Below, one piece after another: positions 52,864 through 64,000 of a stretch of DNA of 64,000 nucleotides. The notes below the pieces were generated by a model. It was not told where the DNA came from. It worked only from the letters and a program-made list of their open reading frames with translations, and ran no database searches. The stretch's first letter is position 1; every line of letters begins with the position of its first letter. Both the position numbers and the translations under genes were made by a program. This stretch comes from Octopus sinensis (lineage: Eukaryota). Location of the stretch: contig NC_043003.1 of the NCBI RefSeq assembly GCF_006345805.1, forward strand, positions 34,348,001 to 34,412,000. Reading direction: 5' to 3'.

Positions 52864-53088
52864 TGTGTGTGTTTGTGTGTCTGTGTTTGTCCCTACATTG
52901 CTTGACAACCGATGCTGGTGTGTTTATGGCCCCGTTACTTAGCGGTTCGGCAAAAGAGACCGACAGAATAAGTACTGGACTTACAAAAGAATAAGTCCCG
53001 GGGTCGAGTTGTTCGATTAAAGGCGGTGCTCCAGCATGGCCGCAGTCAAATGACTGAAACAAGTAAAAGAGTAAAGAGTAAAAGAGAT
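52650..53088 (+). mobile_element. SINE family B
   Basis: tggctgtgtggtaagtagc...aagtaaaagagtaaagagtaaaagag. Confidence 0.85.
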
Positions 53089-53283
53089 ATTACATAGATA
53101 CACAATACACCAAAATTACATCTAGAATTAACAAATTCGTATATACAGACAAATATACAGTTCCACATGTGTGTTTATACGTGTGTGAGTCATTTTCAGG
53201 CCTTAATATAATATACATAAATGGCACCAATTAACCGTGTGCTGTAAAATTTGTTTCGTAACCACGTGCCTTCAGGTTTGATC

Positions 53284-53383
53284 NNNNNNNNNNNNNNNNN
53301 NNNNNNNNNNNNNNNNNNNNNNNNNNNNNNNNNNNNNNNNNNNNNNNNNNNNNNNNNNNNNNNNNNNNNNNNNNNNNNNNNNN
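53284..53383. other. Assembly gap (100 N)
   Basis: Run of exactly 100 N. Contiguity across it is unproven. Confidence 0.99.
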
Positions 53384-53422
53384 CAAGTTCGCTTGTGTGT
53401 TTGTGTGCGGCGTGTGTACGTG

Positions 53423-53470
<48 letters not shown>

Positions 53471-54605
53471 ACGTGTGTGTGTGTGTGTTTCAATTTCTGT
53501 CTTTCCCTTTTTTTTTTGAGCTGAAATGTTTTTATTCTGATTGTAACAAAAGGAAACCTTCTCCCAAACACGCACATAAATAAATAACTGCTATTCATAT
53601 TAACTTCAAGCTTCATTACCCCTCTCTAGATATTTCTCTATGTACTTCTATACATCGGCATGCTATGACTCCTGCCATTTTTGACCCGAGTTATGCTCAC
53701 TTTTCAGTAGGCTTACTTCTATTAAATCTAATATCTGGACATGCATAAGAAAAAAATAAAATAAATAAGAATACAAAAAAAAAAAAGAGCAACACGGTTC
53801 AATATCATTCCTTAAATGTGGCCATGATAAAATGAATGGTAATTCTTAACAAATTCACAATATGTATGGGAATGATGAATATGGTCGATAAACATTTGAA
53901 TATATTAATATTAGAATTTGGTTGTTGTTGTTGTTGTTTATGAATGTGCAGTGCCTGATCCAGAAGACCTATGATCAAGTACCAGCTGCGAACAACATGT
54001 GTATCTAGGGATACTCTGTCCAATGTATTGATTTCTAAGACGATCGCGTGTAAACTGAAGGTGATTTAGATGCTATTTCTAGCTGATTGAGCGACACTGT
54101 ATAAGCTTCTTCGTGTTTAGTTTGTGATTGTTATTGTTTTCTTGGTTATTGTTTTCTTGGTTCAGCGACGAATGAACCCTGATCAAGCAAACCAATAGTT
54201 AAAGACTTTCCAAATACGACAATCCCACTTTGTTTCGTATATCAGAAACTATTATATCTCATGTCACGTTTCTTTTTGAGAAAAGCAGGGAGATTTGGTT
54301 GCAATTTTCTAGCAGTTCGCGTGATTGCTCTGAGACTTCGTCGCTAGTTCGCTGTACTAGAAGGTAACATGGCCAAGTTATATGATACTGAGTTGCCGGT
54401 TGATATTGGCTATTGCTGGTAAAACTTGTATGCGCCTGTGTGTATATGTATGTACTTGGCAGCCACATTTTGTGATACAGAGAATGATATGAACCTTTAA
54501 TTACAAGTCCTTGTCGTTTGTCCTTCATGGAAAGAATAGCTATTAGAGAAGTTGTTAGATTCTTTAACGTTACTAAAAGTAGATCACAAAATGCTGTTCT
54601 TCGAT

Positions 54606-54636
<31 letters not shown>

Positions 54637-54644
54637 GACACACA

Positions 54645-54685
<41 letters not shown>

Positions 54686-55374
54686 CACACACATATATAT
54701 ATATATATATGTATATGTACTTTGTGTTTCATGAAACGCTCAAAGCTACTTGCAACACGTGTGAAACATGTACCCTTGTTATTGTTGTTTTTATTGTTGC
54801 TATCGTTTAGCTCCAAGTCAGCTCTAATCAAGTTCACCTCTGAACAAAAACCAGTCAACTGAAACCATTCCATCTTGTTTTCTTTACCATACCAAATCTG
54901 AATAGCATTGCATTATCCAAAGTCGTGTATTTTTCTTACGTTTACGACTGGAACGTGCACTTTGAGGGGTGCCTTGCTGTTATTACTTCAGTAGATCAAG
55001 TGACCAAATAAAGTTTCTTCTTTGGTTCGAAGGTTTTAGGGTAAAACGAGTGAGCAGAGTTAGAAACAAGCACCAAATTCACAGATATTCTTTTATTCAT
55101 TCATTCTTTTACATATTTGTGAAATTACAACCAACATCGGTATTACTTTTAATGGCTTCAGTACTTTATCTGGTTCTTGATGATTCAATCTCTGAGCGGT
55201 ATCGGTGTTTGGTATAACAAAGGCTTTACGGCTTGGCCGTTAATAACATGAAATAAGCCAAAGCAGTACTATATCCACAACTCCCTTCTCTGTCGAAACT
55301 GAATTAGCAATGGAAATATAAAACTATACATGAGGTAAATTGATATTAATTTTAATATTAAAATTCACATATAA

Positions 55375-55740
55375 GGCAGCGAGCTGACAGAATCGTTAGC
55401 ATGCCGGACAAAATGCGTAGCGGTATTTCGCCGTCTTTACATTCTGAGTTCAAATTCCGCAGAGAGATCGACTTTGCCTTTCATCTTTTCAGGGTCGATA
55501 AATTAAGTACCAGTTACGCACTGGGGTCGATGTAATCGACTTAATACCTATGTCTGTCCTTGTTTGTCCCCTCTATGTTTAGCCCCTTGTGGGTAGTAAA
55601 GAAATAGGTATTTCGTCTGTCTTTACGTTCTGAGTTCAAATTCCGCCAAGGTCAACTTTGTCTTTCATCATTTCGGAATCGATGAAATAAGTACCAGCTG
55701 ATCACTGGGGTCAGTGTAATCGACTTAGGCACTTCCCCTA
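55375..55740 (+). mobile_element. SINE family A, tandem dimer
   Basis: Full copy, then the junction gtagtaaagaaataggtatttcgtctg into a second core. Confidence 0.85.
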
Positions 55741-56089
55741 AATAGCTAACATTGTGCCAACATTTGAACCAATATTAAAACTCATATAGAGGCATACTTC
55801 ACTGGTTAGGGGCAAAGCTAATCCTAATCTGCTGCTGCACTCTTTTTCAATTCGATGCAAAATGAAGTTCAGGAGCATCTCGCGAAGCACATTATGGGCA
55901 TCTGAAGCAAAGCAGTAAAGTCCTGAATACAACACCCTAACCATTGAGCCACGTTTCTCAGATAAGTACATTTCCATATGAACACACACTTACACGTGGA
56001 TATACGCATTTACATAGACGCACATACATACACATACATGCGCATGAATTACATATGTGTGTGTAAAGATATAGGTATATAAACACTCA

Positions 56090-56133
<44 letters not shown>

Positions 56134-56603
56134 GTGTGTGTACATATGCATGTAAATATATATATACATCATATCTTTGAAATATGACTATATACATTTC
56201 AACGACATATGGGCATAGATACATATTTCTACATACATCTGAATACCAACTCACATATAGTCAGCACACACACACACACACACAACACATACACACACAC
56301 ACACACACAAACTATCTCTCTCTCTTTCCTTCTTTCTTACTTTCTTTCTTTCCTTCTCTTTTATATGCAAAGACGCATACGCACAATACACAAGGATATC
56401 AAACGCCCTGCATACAATCGGTGTTGCAAGCCAAAATGCCTGCATATTTTCAGTGTCAAGCAACCAAACCGTATGACTGACTTATTGGCTAGTCAATAAC
56501 AGTGGCTCCCTCTACCGGAAATTCCAGTTTCAAGGTGTCTAACATATTTCCATTTGCATCCATCATCAATTCAAGTAGCTCTATCGGTAACTTCAGCAGC
56601 AAT

Positions 56604-56640
<37 letters not shown>

Positions 56641-57079
56641 GCAAAAACACTATCTTAGTAACCAATTGTTAAGACGGTGTCTTTAAGTATTGCCGTTATT
56701 TTTATTTTATTTATTTGTTTTATTTACTTTTATTGTGTTATCTGTCTTTTCTCGACCGTTGCACATCAACCTCTTGAATACTCCAGTTTCTATCTGCTAA
56801 GCTTTACAGATTAACAACATGCAGTTTATTGCCATGTGTGTCCCATATGTTTGCGTTTATGGCGTTTGTATGGTTATACAGTCATATAAATGTTCTATTT
56901 TTCACGCATATATGTGTGTGTGTGCGAGTGTTTGCATGTGTATAGACGTGCTTTTGTGTGTGTGTGTGTGTGTGTGGTTTGCATGTGCGTGTGTCTATGT
57001 GTGGTAGTGTACGCTAAGTGCGCTTGAATGCAAAAGAGTTTGTATACCGGTAGCTGTAGACGTATGTGTATGCATACGT

Positions 57080-57116
<37 letters not shown>

Positions 57117-57181
57117 GTGTGTGTGTGTATATATATATACATATGCATGTGTGTGTCTGTGTGTATGCGTGTATATATATA

Positions 57182-57225
<44 letters not shown>

Positions 57226-57992
57226 CACATATATCTATATAATATATATGTGTATGTGTGTGTGTATTTATTTATATATATATATATGTGTATACATACA
57301 TACATACATACATACATGCATACATACATACGCACATACATATAGACATGCGTTGCTGCGTCTGTCTTTTAGTGTGTACACATTTACATTCGTTGTCCCA
57401 GAATTAATGCAGCTTTTATATTTTAGAAAATCCGAATGACTTAACGAATACATGGTACGTTTATGTTGCAAGTTTTCTATATGCTTGTTTTTATTTGTTT
57501 TCGGTTTAGTGTGCACATGTATGCAGGCATGTTTTAGCGTGTGCTATATTGTATGTATGTATGTATGTATGTATGTATGTGTGTCTGTGTGCGCGCGTGC
57601 GCGTGTGAGTGTTTTATTACGTGCGTTTGTGCGCGTGGGTGTGCGACCAAATAAGAAAGAAAAGGAACCAGAAAAGATACAAAGAAAGCTAATTTTCCTG
57701 AAGTTGTATGTAAAACGACGCAGACACCGTATAGTGAACGTGAGGCTGGCACACCAGAAGTACTCAGTAACAATGTGACAGCTTTAACCGGCATTAGCCT
57801 AACAGATTAATACTATTGTGCAACCACTTTACCGACTGCCATTACCATGATGTGACAATACTGCTTGCAATCACCCCGAAGAACTCGTCACCCCTGCTTC
57901 ACCCCTTTCATTTGTTCTGCCTTCCTGTCATGCATCCAACCATCAGCCAATCCATCGACATATCCAACTATCGAACCATTCATCCATATTAT

Positions 57993-58042
<50 letters not shown>

Positions 58043-58085
58043 ATTTCTATCTACCTGTCTGTCTATCTATATAACTATCTCTTTC

Positions 58086-58152
<67 letters not shown>

Positions 58153-58772
58153 GTCTATCTATCTATCTATCTATCTATATCTATCTATCTAACCAGCATA
58201 TATCATCCGTGTATCCCCTCTCTCCTTCCTTCTCTCTAGCAAACTGGTCAAACATTCGAATATCCATACGCATTAACATTGTAATATACGCTACGGATAC
58301 AAAAGTATCACATACATATATACTCATTCTCACATACTCTCTGATCTAAATCCAGACATCTATACACGTAAATCCACAAACTTCAAATTCATGCTCAGAC
58401 ATTTATGTCCACGTATATACAGGCTGGTTATGCAATTATATACAAAAAGGACATGGTGGGGCAATCAAAAACACATACGTGTATCTACTAACTAAACAAA
58501 ATACCAACAAAAGTAGAGAAACATGCACATACATGACAAACTCATCTCGAAAGAAAACGCGTGTATACACACACGACGTGGAAAGAAAGTTAAACACAAC
58601 CACGCATATATATATATACGCACAGACGTATAAATATATACTCAGGCACACAAATATTCGCAGACAATGAAGTAGATATACAAAGAAAGTCAGAAATGCA
58701 TTTATACACAGGTCTACCACTACATATATACACAAATACACACATAGGTGCACATACAAATGCACACACACA

Positions 58773-58807
<35 letters not shown>

Positions 58808-59234
58808 TATATAGGTATGTATATATATATATATATATATATGTATGTAATATATATATATATATATATATAGTATATATAATATATATATATATATATG
58901 TATATACACACATCCACTTGTGTATACTATCACACACAAACACACTTCCGGTAAAATGTATACACAGCAACTAATACACACACGTAAACCTATAAAACTC
59001 TCAGAAACACACATGTACACACACAGACACACGTACACTTACACACGCACACACATGTACATGCACAAAAAACACACACACACACACACACCCATACATA
59101 CATACATGCAACTACCCTTCTTTCACTTTCTATCCTTCTCACCATTCGATTCACAGTTGTTACGTCTTTTTGCCAGTGAATTCCGGCGAAAGCTAATGTG
59201 ACTGCCATTGACAAGTTGACAGTTGCAGACTTAC

Positions 59235-59408
59235 TGGTATAATGGCAGTGGAGATGAGTGCTGGTGGCGAGAGGAGCGCTGCTGGATGGATATTGGTGGA
59301 AGTTAGAGAAGCTGAGTGGTGGCTTTCAAAAACAAAAGTGAAAGTAGTGGGTTGGAGGAGGAGTCGGCCACAAGAACATTGAACCCTGTCGGAAACTCTT
59401 TCCGATGC
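59235..59408 (-). CDS. Weak candidate phase 0-0 exon (174 nt, 58 aa)
   Basis: cttacgcctcatag|GCATCG...ATACCA|GTAAGT, open frame ASERVSDRVQCSCGRLLLQPTTFTFVFESHHSASLTSTNIHPAALLSPPALISTAIIP. Lies across the N gap from the main exon. Confidence 0.25.
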
Positions 59409-59529
59409 CTATGAGGCGTAAGTAAGCCAATGCAGAAACAATGCAAATATGACAACAGTAAAGTATATGGAAACAGCACTTTACCAACACCAGCACCACC
59501 ACCACCACCAGCAGTCGCTGCAGCAGCAA

Positions 59530-59539
59530 CAACAACAAC

Positions 59540-59612
<73 letters not shown>

Positions 59613-59782
59613 CAGCAGCAGCAGCAGCAGCTAGTAGTAGTAGTAGTAGTAGTAGCAGTATTAGAGTAGTAGTAGTAGTAGTAGTAGTAGTACTAGTAGT
59701 AGTAGTGGTAGTAGTGGTAGTAGTAGTAATAGTAGTGGTGGTGGTAGTAGTGGTAGTAGTAGTTGTTGTTGTCGTTGCTGCT

Positions 59783-59880
<98 letters not shown>
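59530..59880. repeat. Compound (TAG)n/(CAG)n microsatellite
   Basis: Seen directly; a similar tract lies at 35-140. Confidence 0.95.
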
Positions 59881-60299
59881 TTGGCAATGTTTCTATCTCC
59901 ACAAGGTGCCAGATGGAGAAACTAATCTCTATAGAGAGGATCAAACCCAAACATTTGATATGGAAATAGTGGAATATTTGAATAAGTTACAGGCAGCCTT
60001 GAAGCATAAATTAACATCAGCATGAATCATGAAACTATAGTAACTACCCGAAACTCCACACATCATTGTGCAATACACATTTACACAAAAACTACATTCG
60101 TAACATGAGACTGCACTGAATTACACTAAGCAGGAAAAAAACAACATCTAAAGAATGTCTCATCCTACCATACCATATTACATAGAAGTCCAGTAACTGT
60201 AACAGCTGTGAGATTAATATATAGTAAAAAATCTTAGTAGTGAAGCACAGTTAGTTATTTCATTATTATTATTAAACTATTGTAATCGTTATAATAACA

Positions 60300-60510
60300 G
60301 CAGAGGACTGGTGGAAACGTTGGCACCGCGGACAAAATACTCAGAGTAAACTAGTTCGTCTTTACGTTCTAAGTTCATATTCAACCGATGTCGACTTAGC
60401 TTTTCATCATTTCGGGTCGATGAAACAAGTACCAGTTAAATACTGGGAGTCGATGTAATTTACTAGACTCATTAGCCCACCGAATTTCAGACATTCTACG
60501 TAGAATACAA
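60300..60510 (+). mobile_element. Degenerate SINE family A
   Basis: gatgtcgacttagcttttcatcatttcgggtcgatgaaacaagtaccag. Confidence 0.65.
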
Positions 60511-60523
60511 AGGCTTATCGTTG

Positions 60524-60594
<71 letters not shown>

Positions 60595-60649
60595 AACTTC
60601 TGGCTCTTTCTGAAAGGCTTATCATTGCTCATATACATACATATATATT

Positions 60650-61032
60650 TATTCTCTTACTTGTTTCATTTGACTGCGGCCGTGCTGGAGCACCAGCACG
60701 GCCGCAGTCAAATGACTGACACAAGTAAAAGAGTAAAAGAGTAAATATATATATATAGCCTAGTACTTATTCTATCGGACACATTTGCCGAACCGCTAAG
60801 TTGTCAAGCGATGTTGGGGATACAAACACAGACGCACAAACATAAACACACATGCATATACATATATATACATATCTGATAGGCTTCTTCCAGTTTGCGT
60901 CTACTAAATCTACTCACAAAGCTTTGGTCAGCCCGAGGCTATAGTAGAAAACATTTGCGCAAGGTGACACACAGTGAGACTGAACCCGGGACCATGTGGT
61001 TGGTAAGCAAGCTACTTACCACACAGCCACTT
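60650..61032 (-). mobile_element. SINE family B with an inverted duplication of its tail
   Basis: Reverse copy; palindrome at 60669-60712. Confidence 0.75.
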
Positions 61033-61487
61033 GGCTCTTTCAGAATTTATTAATGAGTAATTCATTTTTAATATACCAATTCACCTCTTAAGAGACTTTA
61101 AATTAGCCCAACTAATAATGCTTATGCCATTTCCTTTCGGTCGCAGGTCACAACAAAACTGCTGAGTCGGTAATAGTCACTATGTAAGACAGGACGGTTT
61201 GTCTTTCCTACTCTTAGTACTCCGGCTGATGAGACGAGATTATAATCGTAGACATTATGTATAACTTCAGAATTATCGAGGTACTTACTACATGTTTTCT
61301 ATGGAATACCAATTGTGTTTTTCTTCTATTTTTTTCATTACTTTTTAATTCAATTCATTTCCATAACGTACAAGAGGAACATAGGTCTCAAATTTTGGAG
61401 TATTTCATCCAGCATTTCAGAATAGATTTACACCAGTTATGTATGAATTCAAATGTGTTCTTGATTAATGCATGTATGTATACAAAT

Positions 61488-61569
<82 letters not shown>

Positions 61570-61618
61570 GTCAGTCTGTCTGTTGTCTGTCTGTCTCTCT
61601 CTCTCTCTCTGTCTATAT

Positions 61619-61650
<32 letters not shown>

Positions 61651-62309
61651 ATATATATATATTATACACACATATATGTGTGTGTGTGTGTCGCATGTGT
61701 GTTTGTGTACTTGCGTGTGCGTGTAAGCACAAGATTTATATATATGCATAGGCATATACAAACGTATACATACATACACACACACACATACACATATACA
61801 TATATATCAAAATGCATATATTTACATACATACTTATGTCCATGGCTATTATATACATGCACAAGCAAGCACATATTGCACATTCAGATACGAACATACG
61901 CATCGCGTATCTAGACACATGCGTGGGCACACACACACGTGTCTTTATTCCCTCGGATACGGCCTAAACGATTGCACACACACGCGCGAATCTGTGCAGC
62001 TTCGAGGTGAAAGTTCGATTTCTTGCAAAAATAGAAAAGAAACTTAAATTCCACCACATGTATTACATACCAAGTTTTTTGTCTCCACACACACACATAC
62101 ACACACACAAATACAATGATACACAAATGCACATGTGTTCAATATGTATTCAAGCACGCGACTATAAATGTTATATATATATATGTGTATAATATATGTA
62201 TATATATCTATATATACATTATATATAACTATGTATGTGTATATATATGCCTATATGATATAATATATATATATATATTATATATTATATATGCATCTAT
62301 GTATATATA

Positions 62310-62357
<48 letters not shown>

Positions 62358-62361
62358 TATA

Positions 62362-62415
<54 letters not shown>

Positions 62416-62419
62416 TATA

Positions 62420-62463
<44 letters not shown>

Positions 62464-63384
62464 ATTCTGCTCCGAGGCAGTTAATACTGGAGATTGCAAA
62501 TATATTTCTAAAATGTATTATTGAGTGTATGAATAAGTGTATGTACATGTGTGTCTGTGTGTGTGCATGTATTCGTATTTGCTCTTACACAGCTCTAATC
62601 ATTAGTGTATGAGTATATGTGTACATCTTGGCGATAATTCCCCACCCTCACTCCCGATTCCTCTTTATTTGGTTTGTTACAATTCTTTCTGGTTTCTTTT
62701 TCTTCTTCTTTTTTTGCATATTTTTTGAAAAGGATTCCTTGAAATACAAATATACACACAAATATAAATACTCACACACACAGACCTATGTAAAAGAAAT
62801 TTTGTCAAGACAATATTTGGCTTGCTACAAGCACTATAACGTAAATTTCGTTTGTGGGATCTACATTTATTAATTAGCAACATATATATATAATATTCAC
62901 GGATTTTGCAATATTCAATGCGGATGAGGACGTAGCTTCTATACAATATGAAGCAATAAAAATAAAATAGAATATAATATAGGTAACGAGCACAAGTTTT
63001 TACATATTCTAATACGGCTGGATATTTCAATGCAACATTCACTGCAGAAATATATAGATTAGTTGTATTAATAATAGCAGTGTTACTATTACTGTGAAAC
63101 ACGTGCTATAGTCGCCATGGAGACGGCAGTAAATAACAGGAACTAACATAAATGGCCTAACTATAATGGATAGATGAAGCATTGTTTGGAAAGACGCACG
63201 CCAAATGGCATATGTATATGAGTACGGATGTACGCACGTGTGTGTATGTGTATATGTAAGTTTGTATGTATATATGCAATCCTGTATATATATATATATG
63301 TCTATAAATGAGAGTGTTAAGTATATATATATATATATATATAGATATATACATATATATATATAATATATATATATAATATAT

Positions 63385-63439
<55 letters not shown>

Positions 63440-63644
63440 TATACATACAATATATATATATATATATTATATATATCTATATATATATATATGTGCAAAA
63501 TATATATTATTCACACCACACACACATATATATACATATACATTAATACATATTGGTATGTGTAAATTATTACATATATTGTATGCATATATAATTAATA
63601 TATATATTATATATATGCATATATAATTACTTATATATATAGAT

Positions 63645-63677
<33 letters not shown>

Positions 63678-63845
63678 GGCGGTGCCCAGCATGGTCACAG
63701 CTCATTAGCTGAAACTGGAAAAATCAAAATCAAAAAAATCAAAATATATATATATAACAGATATATATCTAATACACGTATATATATATATATACATATA
63801 TACATAAATATATATATTCATATATACATATGGACAGATAGATAA

Positions 63846-63918
<73 letters not shown>

Positions 63919-64000
63919 AAAGTACTGCATATATACATACATACATACATACATACATACATACATACATACATACATACATACATACATAAATCATATG

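Noticed and set aside
53284-53383. ORFs spanning the N run
   Set aside because: Artefacts of the assembly gap.
54725-54775. ttcatgaaACGC...GTGTgaaacatgta hammerhead-like string
   Set aside because: Two core mismatches and no stem I.
63098-63124. CACGTG plus RFX X-box-like gtcgccatggagac
   Set aside because: Short imperfect motifs expected by chance; no promoter evidence.

Overview
Eukaryotic, AT- and microsatellite-saturated DNA. The SINE families and repeat style point to a coleoid cephalopod, most likely Octopus (inference from recalled repeat families, not a database hit). Nearly all ORF-track entries are microsatellite or SINE artefacts. One large low-complexity coding exon of a probable transcriptional regulator lies on the minus strand (25033-23779, with an apparent 1-nt frameshift), plus two weak candidate exons. 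The rest is mobile DNA: several tRNA-headed SINE families, a canonical non-autonomous Helitron, an R4/Dong-like LINE 3' end in a TAA tract, LINE RT and gag remnants, and mariner-like remnants. The standout is a 3.7-kb array (37984-41716) of a ~490-bp unit in which every unit carries a type I hammerhead ribozyme fold. The array flips orientation at 39522-39524, so its halves are head-to-head, and both outer ends run into (TA)n. Smaller (TA)n-embedded elements with hammerhead cores and/or the same head-to-head layout occur at 14.0, 19.0, 22.6, 27.0 and 44.9 kb. Together they suggest a ribozyme-bearing, TA-microsatellite-targeting Penelope-like/retrozyme system. An assembly artefact cannot be excluded for the large array. 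All coordinates were counted by hand, and repeat boundaries are approximate.
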